Source: Klebsormidium nitens
Lineage: Eukaryota > Plantae > Klebsormidiophyceae
Length of the DNA stretch: 64,000 nt
Reading direction: 5' to 3'
Assembly (NCBI GenBank): GCA_000708835.1
Contig: DF237088.1
Span: forward strand, 112,461 to 176,460
The number at the start of each line of letters is the position of its first letter. Within the stretch, counting starts at the first letter, position 1. Under the pieces are notes generated by a model. That model made no database searches, had not been told where the DNA came from, and saw nothing but the letters and a program-made list of their open reading frames with translations. Both the position numbers and the translations under genes were made by a program. Shown piece by piece: positions 26,801-39,000 of the stretch.

Positions 26801-29626
26801 TCAAGGAGGACCTTTCTGTCGAAGTCGATTACTTCTAACCAGCCTCCTCCCCGCGCTTTCGGCCTTCTCGCGAAGTGGTTTCTTTTCCAACCCGCCTCCT
26901 CCCTCGTTTCTCGGCTTCTTGTGAGCTTTGGTTACCGTTAACCCGCTTCTCTGCCAATTTTCCGGCGCAGGCGGGCCAGCTGGCGGAGAGCGTGGCCAAG
27001 GTGGTGGACGCGCAGTTCGTGGAGCAGGTGGACGTGGGCGACGTGCAGGACGAGTTCTCGGGGGTCATCACCCGGGCGCTGTCCATTTTGGTGCTGGGCA
27101 TGGAGACGCGCCTCGACCAGGAGCTGGCCGCCATGACCAAGATCGCCTGGGGCACCGTCGAGGCCGTCGGGGACCAGTCCGAGTGAGTGCGCAAAAGGGT
27201 CCGGTGTGTTCTACTCTGTTTCGTTCGGGGGTGGAAGATATGGGGATAGGGAGGACTCGTCTCGCATGTGCCAACGACTTCTCTGGCAGCGGTCTATCGC
27301 CACTTGTTGGCTTTGGCTCTCGTGATCTTTTCCTGCTGCGGGTGATTGTCGATGTTTTGAGGATTCATTCTGCGGGTTCCTTGACAGTAGCTTCCGTGAG
27401 GCTTTCATATGGGCGTCAAGTCCCATGTTTGTTCATGTTCTGTTAAAATACAGACGACGCATTTCTAGTACATTGCTGGTGTAAGCAGACTCGTAGGACT
27501 GCCAGCTGCAATCTTCGCAATGTCACAGGATTGTGGTCGATTGGGCAAAGTGGTCCTGACCCTAAGGAGCGTGTTTGCTCTTCCTTTCGCAGGTACGTGA
27601 ACGGCATCAGCAGCGTGTTGTCCACCAGCGTGCCCGTCATCTCGGGCCTCCTCTCCTCGCTCTACTTCCAGTACTTCATGGACAAGGTGGGCAGCCCGTG
27701 CTGACCTCAGAAGGTCACTGCTAGCACCATAGGAGTCACAAACCCTTGATTACTGCATTGAGGCTCTTGTATTTTGCGAGTAAGAGTCCGTACAGGACAT
27801 CTCGCATTTCTGGTCTTTAAATGTATTACTGGCAATATTTGGTAATTCGCATCTTTTCCAAATGATCAGGCCGCTGAGCCGGAGTGAAGAAGCCAGTTCA
27901 TTGCTGCGAGATTGCGTTCTCAAACCTCACAAACACAATCAAACATCGCATTCTTGCGGTTGTCGGTTGAGGGATAGAGATACCGCTACTCATACCGCTA
28001 CTCGAACTCGCTGCAGCTCGCCGCTTCCTTCGCCCCTCGCTTCTACGTCAACATCTTCAAGTGCAAGCGGATCTCTGAGATGGGCGCACAGCAGGTAAGC
28101 CACCTACACCTCCGGTCCCATGGCGCTCTTGTTTCCAGAAGGATCTTTGAATCGCTTCCAGCTTGGCCGCCTGGTCCTGTGTTCATCCGGCAGCCGCTTT
28201 GCAGAACGCTGGGCAAACCGCGAGGCTTTTCACCAGGTCGAAACAGGGTGTTGCCACTTGCTGCTTTTTCAAACTGTCCGGGTGTGAAAAGTCATCGAAG
28301 CACAGAAGATCCACTGTGTTCTGTGCAGATGCTGCTGGACACCCACGCCGTCAAGACCCTGCTCCTGGAGGTCCCCCAGCTAGGAGGCCAGGTGAGCCAG
28401 GCCACCATAGTCGACGCCGCTAACACTTTTTGAGACCCTGTTAGCACTCGGTTTGAAACTTGAGGAAGTCGCCACAGTCATGCGCGTCAAGTATGTGCTG
28501 GGCAACGATGAGGACGTTGTTCCGAAGAGCCCGGATTCTTTGTGCCCGGGACAACCGTGCTTGCTGAAGGACTTATCGTTTCTCTGCTCAGATTCCTCAA
28601 TGTCAGAACGATGGGATCCAAGACGTCCATAGCGTTGTCAAAGTCATCGACGCTGGTTCACCAATTGCGCTCGTCCACCCACAAGAGCGCGGGAGCACCC
28701 CTGCTGACTGGCCGCGCTGGCCCCGTGCGTGCAGTCGTCGGTCCCCGCGAGCTACAGCAAGTACGTCACCCGCGAGCTGGGCCGCGCGGAGGCGCTGCTG
28801 AAGGTCATTCTGGCGCCCGTGGAGGCCGTGGCGGACACGTTCCGGGCGCTGCTCGCGGACGGTTCCGCGTCCGACTTCCAAAAGGTTCTCGACCTAAAGG
28901 TATGGATTGAGGCTAGAATTGCCGCCGAGCTGGTTCCGAAAGTTGCTCGAGGACACAAGAGAGCGGTTGCGTTGAGCCAGAACGGTTGAGTGGTTGGGCT
29001 GGCGCAGATGCCTGAGGAGTAAAGGCAGCTGCCGGTTTGGCTGCATCGTTCCACCATCGAAGGAATTTTGCTTTCGTCCTGTCTGAAGACACTCTTTGCG
29101 TACAGCAGTTGCTTCTTATTGACAGTTCGGGTCACTTTTCTATATGGGCCAACGAAACGGATTCAAATCGGGCTTCTCGGGAGCGGATTGTCTTGCACGT
29201 CCTCGTTTGGGACTGAGCACCTTCGTCATGGCATCCAGCACGCCGTAGCAAATCGTGACTTCTTCACTGCAGGGTCTCAAGAAGAACGAGCAGCAGCCGC
29301 TGCTAGACCAGTTCAACCGCCGCGTTGGGTCCTCCTCTCCCGCTCCGTCTACTGCTACTGCACCCCCCAGTCAGTCGTCGCCCCTGGTTCCGACGTCATC
29401 AGGGGCAGCTGCTTTTGCCCAGTCTGCCCGGCCCGCCATGGAGAAGGCAGCCGCCATCGGGCGGGGCGCAATGGCGCAATCTGCCGCTGCAGCTGCAGCC
29501 GCCGTGTCGAGCAATAGCCTCAAGCGCATCTTCGCGCTTGCGGATGCGGCCAAGGACAGCACCGGGAAAAAGGAGGGGACCTTTAGAAACCTGTTTAACA
29601 AACAGCCTCAACCTGGGATGAAGTGA
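20886..29626 (+). CDS. VPS53: GARP/EARP complex subunit VPS53 (HIT1), multi-exon
   Basis: [151 protein letters not shown], and ...FRNLFNKQPQPGMK*. Confidence 0.97.
26358..26459. repeat. Intronic tandem repeat, about 23-25 bp unit GAGAGCCGCAAGCTTYRTTTTWT, four copies plus one partial
   Basis: GAGCCGCAAGCTT recurs four times separated by T-runs, starting at the VPS53 donor gtgagc. A fifth partial copy GGAGCCGCAG follows. Confidence 0.9.
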
Positions 29627-31104
29627 CCGAAGCGTCCCAAGGTGCGAAGTCGAAGCCACCCGCCAGTCTCACGGAGGAGTCCATCGCGCTCATATTCTCA
29701 CCATCACCACCTTCACTATGGCAAGCCAATCATCAATAGCGTCGCTTGTCGCTTGACTCTGCTCAAAGATAATGTGATGGGCCAATTGCATGGCTAATCT
29801 GTCCGTTCACCAGACGGTCGATGAAAATCTTACAGGCTTAGGTCTAAGTGGACTTGACCCGACGTTGCCACATGTTATAAATCGCCGACTTGCAAGAATG
29901 TACGTGTCGCTTATGTGAGTCATGCATTCACTATACCTTCGATCTGAGGTTTAGTACATGTCAATTAAGCAGTTGTTGACCGGGTCCCAATTTGATTCCT
30001 AAATATATGGCCACATGCAAAAGTTCATGATCCCACGTCTAACCAAGGATGCATGTGTACGTCATGCGCCAGGCGTCGCGATCGTACATTCACAGCTATA
30101 CACGAGGGTTCATATACATAGTACAAGTTGATTGTTCGTTTGTGCATGAGGTGTCGGATAGGTTTCGTTAATTTGTCGCATGTGGCGTGGCATGCCACCC
30201 TGTACATAACAATCAGATGGCACATGGTCCGCAGTCTCAATCTTGATCTTGCGCGCATGTCATAGGCATCCGCAACCAGGCTTTGTTAAATAACGACGGC
30301 AGTTCACTTCAACATCGAATGCCTGCTGGATTTCACTGCATTGATGCGAAGCAGGCGAAATAGCAAATATCAATCATGAGTGCATCTGACTCTGCATGAG
30401 CTGCTTTGCAACATGCAATTACTATCATCAAAAATTAGTCAACCATGTATATGTGAGAATTCTGCCTAAGGACTTGGCATCAAACCAATACTATCTATCA
30501 GTTTGCAATCAAGATCATCTCAGTGATGCAAGGAAAACGAAGCTGAAAGAGGCATAGCACTTTGTCAATTGCTGATAGAGTTGAAAAAGGCAGTGCAACA
30601 AAACAAGAAGGTGGATGTAATTAGATTGAATACTATTGTACCGCAACCAAATAAGAAAGGCGTTCTTGGATCTACTGCTCAGCGAACAAATGCAAGACTG
30701 TCAACAGCCCACCAGATTAGAACAAGTCAAGCTCGACACAGGACACTTCATCATCTAATGGAGTTTGGCTCTACTAGGCAAGCCAGGCAACTACAATGCT
30801 GTTTCTGCAAGATCCTTCAATGGTGAGTCTTGAAGTGAACTCTTCTAATAACTTATGAAAACCAAGTCTCCTAACTCAACGGGGACAGCCGCTAATGCCA
30901 CACCATAAGTTGGGCCTCTTGTACAAGAGAGATTAGAATAATTCCACAAGGCAACTACTTTTCCAAAACTGACCGCACCCATTTGATTGAAGCGTTTCAT
31001 CAGCTCCTTTGCTCCTTTGCATATTTCATACTGGATCGGTATGGTCAGGAAACTTGATGGAGAGCCCCCACATTGTGTCCAAAAAGATACAGCTTGAGGA
31101 TCTC

Positions 31105-31539
31105 TCAAGAGTCAATTCCAAGGGCGTACCTCCCATCTTCTTCCTTTGAGACAGTGTGCAAGACCAGGTCCGACAGGTCGTGGCCCCAAATCCCATACTG
31201 ACCTTCTGTTGTGTCCCTGTTCATCATGCCTGGGACATGACCCGCGACCTCTGGGCTCGTCCTGTCTTCCTCGGTGTAGATCCGCTGGTACAATGCTGAA
31301 ATGGCGTGCGCTAGCGCAGCCCGCGTGAAGTGTTGTGCACCGTCAAAGGGCTTGACCTCAAATTCAAACTCATCTTTCAGCGGGTAATCTGCAATTACAC
31401 GGATGCTGCTCTCATTGATCACCACTTCCTCAGCATCTCTCAGGTTGGCTATGTCATTGGTGGGGTCTGCCAAGGAAATGTAAGGAGAAGTTTCATCAGG
31501 CTCATTAGGACGGACCACTTGAAATTTGATATCCGCCAT
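31105..31539 (-). CDS. Intronless 144-aa orphan protein with a DYPL...FTR...Y..IY.EE...NR..T.G.YGIWGHD..DL.L...GIDS signature (prokaryote/giant-virus-like family)
   Basis: First true ATG is at 31539 (MADIKFQ...). The ORF track begins at an upstream TTG. The protein looks like a compact globular domain with no low complexity and a strongly conserved-looking YGIWGHDLSDLVL motif. Confidence 0.8.
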   Translation of the reverse strand: MADIKFQVVRPNEPDETSPYISLADPTNDIANLRDAEEVVINESSIRVIADYPLKDEFEFEVKPFDGAQHFTRAALAHAISALYQRIYTEEDRTSPEVAGHVPGMMNRDTTEGQYGIWGHDLSDLVLHTVSKEEDGRYALGIDS

Positions 31540-32256
31540 CTTAACTACCGTAGGTAATTTAAAAGCCAAGACCTTGCAATTACTTACTGGCCTACACCAA
31601 CTGAGAAGCTTGAAGCAAACTTGACGAGATTTGAATGAAGTATCTACAGTCTTCTAAGTTTTGTTTGCAAGGACTTCTTCATTTTATCAGCCATCTTTCA
31701 GAGACTGAGGGCACCAGTGGCAGGAGTAATAGAACGCTGGAGCCTGGCCTAGCACAAGAGATCACATACGTAGTTTAGGCTGACCCTGGATTGACCAGCT
31801 GGGCGTTTAGCAGTTCGGTGCATGACCTTCTGCTGACGGCACGAAGAACGGCTTTACCTGCTTCCACAGCCAGGCAGGAAAAGCCAGCCTTTCTAATGGG
31901 TATTAACCCTCACAACTTCAAGAGCCGGTTCCTCGTCTAAAGCAGTCTTTTGTGAGAAATTTATCGCACCGATTGCGAAAAAGCTCCACTGCGGGTGTGG
32001 TCGCTTGAAGGTAGGTAATACAGGGTTTGTTCCTGGCACGAGATCTGCAAGGCTGCTCTGTGAGCAGTGCTGTGCTTTGTGGGTATGCTGTGTGCGGTAT
32101 GCTGACATTTAGGTCAGTAGGTAGAAGTTTCAGAACCCCTTCTGAACAGCTTTAGAGGGCCATAGGTGGTGACGGGAATGGGCGCGGACTCGACTTTTAA
32201 CTGCCACCGCTCACAAGCTAGCACCAGCGAGCCTTTTTGGTAACGGTCGACCATCG

Positions 32257-34841
32257 ATGGCTGCCCGCCATCTCCTCGGCGTCCTTCGGTCGCTGACGGC
32301 AAATCCTGGGGAGCATCTGTCTCATGCTGCTGCGGCCCGAGCATATGCTTCTTCTGCTCTGCTGCGCACCAGCCCCGCCTCCGCCTTTCTAGGCATCCAG
32401 TCTGCCTGGGATCGAGCGTTCAGCACGGACAATGCGTCGAGCAGTGCGCAAGGGTTGGGAGCAAGAGAACGGCGGAGAGCCAAAGAACGTTCTCGCACAG
32501 CTGTCCAGCCAGGAGGGGTCAAAGAGCGCGTCCCTTTTGAGCTGCAAGAGGGCGGCGGCAAAGGCGATCAGGACCTGGACCTTCAGGAACCGACGGGGAT
32601 CTTTCACATCTACGACCGCGAGGAGCCGAATGAGAAGGACGAGGACGATCCAGGGGTGCCGTGGGGAACGATCTCGCTGACGGGGCCGCCGCCGGACTAC
32701 CTGTCGCCCAGTCTGAGCACCAAATCGAAGAATGCAATCTATGCAGCGTACAAGGAGGACCCGAGCGAGAAGACGGTGGCCAAGCTGGCGGCCGACTATA
32801 AGATCCTGAAGCAGCGTGTGCAAGTAAGAGAATGAATCCCGTGCCTGTTCGAATACGAGCTCCTGTGCTGTCATGGCATTCCACAGGCTAGCCGAACCAG
32901 CCCCGAATGCTGACACCTCGCTAGTGGTTCCTCGCTTGTGCTTTCCAGACAAACAGCAGCTTCTCTGTGATTCTCCGAAGGAGCCCCAAATGCTTCTGCG
33001 AGCCCCAAATGCTTCTGCCTAGATGGTGGCTGCACCGCCACGGGTTTGGTCATTCAATGTGCTATTCCAAAGGTGCCACTCTTTGTCTGAGCATTCCTGG
33101 AAACACAGTACCTCTAGTCGATCTGCAGTTCATCAGCAGATTAGCCGCCCCATCAATTTGACACTCCCTATTGCTGTTTCTGTGTCAAAAGTATCTCGGG
33201 TTTTGCTGCTTTCATAAGGCACTCTTCGACTTTGCCAAGCTTGGGCCAGAATGACTTTAGAACACCATTTGGGCGTTCTCTGATTGGTATGGCGACCTTC
33301 TTGGATTAGTACGGCTACCTCAGAGAGACAAAAAGCGTTCTCTACGTTGCAGGCCATTCTTTTCTTGAAGGAACGGGAGGAGGTTTGGGAGAAGGAGGTC
33401 CTGGAGAAGCAGGACGATGAAACCAAGGAGATGTTCAAGGAGATGGATGAAGTGTTTGACTCGTAAGCCACCAATCAACTGTGTCAGCTTCTTGGGATTT
33501 TATTGGGAAGAAGTTGGTAGTGTTGTGGCCATGGTCATGGCCTGGTTAAAGGAAGCGTAGTATCGTCATATGAGAACCATAAGGCTGCCCTGCTTTTGCA
33601 CAGTAAGTACTTTTGTGTGTCTTGACTAATGAAAGAGTGATTTTTCGTAGCAGACCTTTGAAATGCAAGGTACATGCGAATTGAGAATTGCTATTGTTGT
33701 CTGAAAGATCAGCTTGATAAGATACTTCTCTTCTCCCTTATGAATTGTGCACCTTTCTGAGTGCTTTCGTGCACTAGGAGCAGCTGGGGCAGCGCCTTAG
33801 GGGCATCTGGGCGTAAAGTCTTGCTGTTATCGGTTCGCTTGTATTGTCGTCATGGCCAAGAATTAGAAGGTTGGCAAGAAGTGGGGTTCCTGCATGACCG
33901 ATTGCCTTAAGTGTCCGTCCGGTTTGAATACGTTCTCGAAGTTAGTTGTCAAAGTCGGCTCTGATTGTGGACAAGACATGATTGACCTTCGAACAGTCAC
34001 AGAAGAACGAACTCGGGCTTTGCTTCATCGTTTCAAAGGATGGCTCGAAGAGCTAACGCCCAACACGACACTCCGCTGCAGGGAGGCGTCGGAACGAGGC
34101 GGAGGTGAGCGGTTGTGGCTGCCGATGGCCACTCGGATGAAACCAAAACTGGTGGTCGAGAACGACGAGTACGAAGCGGACGCCGTCGTATCGACCAGCG
34201 GCATGTCGTGGGATAAGGCCTCGGAGCGCTACGAGGGGATCGAGTACCTGGAGTTTCTGGAGCGCCTGCAATTCAACCGGAGACTGGTGAGCGACGCCGC
34301 ACTTTTTGACTTTGCACGTCTGTTGCCTGGTTCTTGGAAAGTGAGCAGAACATTCACTTCGGAACTTGCAGGGTGCTTCTTGACTGTGCTCTTGTACATG
34401 ACGCTCTAGTAAGTATGGTGTGCCCTTTGTCGAACGGATCGGGAAGAGGTATCTGATGGGGCTGTCTCGGAAGCCCACTACCGAAGAGCTCGGAATCCGT
34501 TGAATCGAGGGTATCCAAGTGTACCTATGTCGAGCCCCTTACGGCGACGACACAGAAGCTGAACTCCGCTGTTTCCAACTCGGGTGGTTCCCTGATCTCA
34601 TCTCTTACGGCTCTGTTCTCTCTTACAGGGCGAAGTCAAAGCAAAAGCAGAGGACCGGAAGCGACCGGATGAGGGGTGGACGTTTCTGATTGAGGAGCTA
34701 GGCAAAGAAGGGAAGAGAGGAAAGGGCGGGGGAAAGCGCTTCGTCGCAAAAGCGGATGGGACCCGCAGGCCGCTGAACGACCTAGAGAAGCTGATGATGA
34801 AGAGGGAGACGCCCAAACGACGGAAGTTTGACTTCTTGTGA
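32257..34841 (+). CDS. GCD1: GAMETE CELL DEFECTIVE 1 / mitoribosomal mS45 (Bot1p-like domain)
   Basis: Exons 32257-32823 (mitochondrial presequence; KNAIYAAYKEDP..TVAKLAADYKILKQRVQ), 33352-33462 (AILFLKERE), 34082-34287 (EYLEFLERLQFNRR) and 34629-34841 (GEVK...GWTFLIEELGKEGKRGKGGGKRF...DGTRRPLNDLEK...RETPKRRK). Confidence 0.88.
32981..33018. repeat. Tandem 19-bp duplication GAGCCCCAAATGCTTCTGC x2 in GCD1 intron 1
   Basis: Units read directly at 32981 and 33000. Confidence 0.9.
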
Positions 34842-36016
34842 GGGTTGTGAGGCTGACCTGGACGAACGGGACTGGGTTTGATCGTTACAATTAGTCTCCG
34901 ATTAGTCTGCCAGTGCCACGTTCATCACTTTCATTGCAGTTCCGTACCTCGAAGGTGCAATTGTTGCGGAACTCATTCCGCAAGTTCTCACCCGCTGTGG
35001 GCTGGATTGAAGGTCGATTGGCCTGGACGCCACACAACGCGCATTGAGCAGTACAATGCGAATGTATTGCTGTGGCCAATATTAGGAAAACAGTGAAGCT
35101 GCGTTGTTCAGAGTACTAATTGCTGGCTTAACTTAACACTGTGACATGCAGAGTCTGACGCCGTCATTCGGGGCACGGCGCCCACAGATGACGTCTTACT
35201 ACAGATGTGCGGATAATCGATGCAAATGTCCAACGTTTGCGTGCTCATGCGTTTGCTTGAGCCGGTTGCAATCGGCAAAGGGTGCAGTGCATGCGAACAT
35301 GCATGGAGCAAAGATCGCCGTGGCCGCCAGTGACTCAGAGCTGCGGGTGTGCACACAATCCTCGCTACATACTTTGCGCCATATCAACCACCGCACCATT
35401 GACGTGCAATCGCAGTGACAGCATACACCACTCAATCCAAGATTTGCTCGATCTCTTGCAATGCATGTCCACGGTTTGGTCCAGCAAACTCGTGGACGTC
35501 ATCAACTTGCATGTAGAGGGCCTGTGGACGCCGTGGCAATCAGCTCTTGCCAACCGAGACGGTACGCCCGCATAAGCCCATCCGCTTACATTATTTCGAG
35601 GAGACTTGTGAAGAATCGACAACCATTGCATGACAGGTGCGGTCTATACGCGATGCCCAAAACACCACTTGTCGCACCCTCCGCCTGCATCTGACGGGCA
35701 TCTAACCTTTACACCGACTCGGTGCATGCGTGACGATCTTGTTTGTGCTGCACTGTTGCACATAAATGATTAAGAACATACGAACCTGGACGAGATCGGC
35801 CAAGATGGCGCATACCCTTTCGTGCCTTGATGCCTTGCAGCTTATCGGCCATTTTCTCTCATCTAGCTGCACCCTTTGCTGATGAACGGTGGTGCAAAAC
35901 CGTATGTGCGACAGCAAAACAGTACCAGTGATTGTTGCTTACAAACTCTGATCGACTCACAAAGAGAGTGTACCACGTCGCACCTTTCAGAACTGCCATG
36001 AGTACGCTGTCAAAGC

Positions 36017-39000
36017 CTAATTTCCCGAATAGGAGCACTGCCTCCGGTGTCCAGAAGCCCAATCCTTAACCTGCAGGATTTGGAGGAGACAGATTCGTGC
36101 ACGCTTCTCCCCAATGGGCGTCCATAAACGGCAAGTAAGGCTCTACGGAGTTTGGACCCAAGAGATAGAAACACGTGCTTCATCGCGCTTGCCGCAAGGC
36201 ACTTGGTGAGTTTGATACGTGATGCGGAGTTTGGTGCGTGCTCACCTGACACTTTTTGGAGCAGTAGCGAGCCGATCCACACCTGCCGCATTTGTGGAAA
36301 GTATTCTTGCTCTCTTCGACGACTTTGCCCTCGCATCCCTGCAGACGAACAGTCACGGAGTTTGGCAAGAGATACGGATACAATAAGAGCAGCGCATACT
36401 GTGTGCACAAATGCAGATTCCTGGACAGGTCTGGCAGACGCTTAGAGAAGTCCGGTTCGCCGCCTCAACCATACCGGCTCAAGGAAAGGCCGTAAAAAAG
36501 TTGAAAGGGGCGTCGTTTCGAGGCCCCTCTCTTGAACGTAGGTATTCATAATCCGTTCGTAGCAGTGCGGGGGCAGACCACCTGTACGCATGTACGCAAC
36601 TGGACGGTGTCGCGTTGTTCCGCGTAAAGGCAGATGAGAAGACCCGCTCTTCGCGGCTCACCGGATTGCTGCACGCCTTCAGACGAAACCCGCGCGCCAA
36701 TTCCTTCCAAAGCCTGCCAACCGCTGCCTCCAGCTGGACCCACGTGTCCCTGGCCGCTTCGGACGGCGCCACTCTCCGCAAAGCGCGCAGGACCCGCAAC
36801 ACGTCCGCGCAGGCGGCCGCGGCCCCCGCGCGCGCGGCCTCCAGCAGCGTGTCCTTGCGCAGCGCCGCCGAGGTCTCCGGCAGGCTGTCCAAGGCGTCCA
36901 GAACGGTGGCGAGCAGCTCCATTAGGTTGTTGTGCGCGACCTTCAGCTCGCAAATCATGTCTAACGACGCGGCCGCGTCGCTCGCGCGAGAGCGCGGCGG
37001 ATCCGAGTCGTCCACGCGCCGCGGCCCGAAGACGGCCGTGAGGCTGCCGGGCACCAGGCGCAGGGAGTGCACGACGACTTCGATCTGCGGCAGCACCGCG
37101 CACTGGACCACCACCCGGTTGCGGCAGCACGCGTGCAGGACGGATAGGATCGCCGACGTGACCCCGAAGAAGCTCGTCTCGGAACGCACCGCGTGGCGCA
37201 AGTGCTCCAGCGCAAGGCGGCTGAGCAAGCGGTGCCCCTTGTTGAACACCCCGCTCACGTTCACACATGGCCCGGCTGTCGTAGCCGCCGGCGTCAGGGG
37301 GATCCCCCTCGCTGCTCGGCCGCCACAGGTACTCCTCTGCATCAACGTCTGTGCGCTCTGCAGCTCCCTGCCAGGGGCCCCTGTCGCCGAACAGGAGCGC
37401 AAAGGTCTTGAGATTGCTCAGCGTCACCCAGCCGATGGATGACGTGGCCGTGAAAGGAAACAGCTTGATGGCGGAGATGGCCAGATCGACGTAGAGGATC
37501 TGCATCCGCTCCAGGAGCTCCCGCCGGCGTGCAATCTCCATATGCGACAGCAGGCCTAGCACGTGGTTCATCGCTTCTTCCACCAGGGATCCCCCGCGCG
37601 AAAGCAGGTCCTCGCACCACTGTAGAAGCCGCACGCCTGTGGTGAGAAACAGCTCGCGCGAAGACCGCTCCTTCTCGTCCAGCTCGGGGAGCACGGCCAC
37701 GAGAAGGTTGACCCCGCCTAAGATGACCGCAGCCTCCTTGTGCTCTCTTTGTGTCGCCGCTCTTGCCGCCTGAATGTCGCTCACTTCAGAAACAGTCAGC
37801 GCGAGGATCTTGAAAACGTTGTCTACGAGCCCCTCGGCCACAAGCGCCTCCGCGCTCGCACGCGCGCACCCTTCCAATCTCTCTGCACCTGTTTGGAGGA
37901 GGGACCCCGCCTGCTTCCACTTCTTCCTCTGGACGAGCGCAATCGCCTCATGAAAGTCTACCCTGTTGGCGGCGCCTGGCGAGCTCCTTTTGCGTGAAAG
38001 GAGCTCGCGAGAAAGGAGCTCCGCCTTCTCGCCCTTCTCGAGACTCAGTTCTTCCAGAGCACTGTGCAAGAAGGCGACCCTGTCGCCTAAGCGTGCCAAG
38101 ATATGGGGGCGCACAATTGCGTGAGAGTTCAGATATGGGACCATCTTCTGGTTCACCACCCGAGTGAAGAGCTCCAGCCTCATCTGGATCCCCGGAAGCT
38201 CTTTCAGGCCTCGCTCGACAATGATGCAAAGAAGGCGGCCGCCGATGTCGAGTAGAGTCTCGAGTGTAAACGGACCGAAGTCGGGAGGCATTGCCTCCCG
38301 GAGAAGGCTGTCCCAGGTCTGGTCGACGAAGGAGAACAGATCGGCGATCCACACCCCGGTCGCCGCCCCCGCAGCGTTTTGCAGGATGGAGTCCGGGAAA
38401 GCGTGCAGAGCGAAGACGATTTGCTGGATGCTGAAGGCAACGCTCGAGAGCTGGCGGAAGCCTGAGACACGGGCCACTCCAGCTCCCACTTCCGGCGGAA
38501 GATTGCGAGGAACTGGCGGAACAGGTCCGGGATTCGCGCGGAATCCCGGAAGTGCGGGCTGGCCTTGAGCAGGTTACATGTGAGGAAGGCGAAGTTGAAC
38601 TCAATGTTCCGGGCGGAGTCTTGCTCGTTGGGAGGGCATGGCGTCAACGCAATCAGACGGTTGACGAAGCGGCAGAGGCAGGGCACAATCTCGGAGCGGC
38701 CCAGCTGTAGAGCAACGAAAGGCTTGTCAGATTCTCGCCACAAATTGGACATTGATAGTACGAGGAAAAACGACGTCGTAGAAAAGCTTGCAAGGAAAAC
38801 ATAGTGGTGCAACCCGTTTGATTGCTACAAGTCTGTAACAACCGGCGTCTTGCCGGTTCTCATCTATCACCCTCGAGAATACACTTCTGAGCTTCGCATC
38901 GCCGTTACGAACACGTGCTCCTTAAAGCTAAGAGCCGTGAACTTGGTAATAAGAACCTGTGAAACAAAGCGAGGCATGTCATTTGGAGAATTCAGAAACA

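Noticed and set aside
30569-31108. 85-87 aa ORFs next to the orphan gene as further foreign genes
   Set aside because: They have no motifs or coding-like composition and lie in the convergent spacer or 3' UTR.
35930-35945. TGTAA (chlorophyte poly(A) signal) 75-170 nt after several stops (MYND-A, DNPEP, SKIP5, BIC-like)
   Set aside because: A 5-mer is expected by chance at about this frequency, and it was not found consistently for all genes.
36615-37442. Long antisense ORFs over the MYND genes (also 42336-43484 and 43405-44100)
   Set aside because: These are shadow ORFs caused by high GC3 on the opposite strand.
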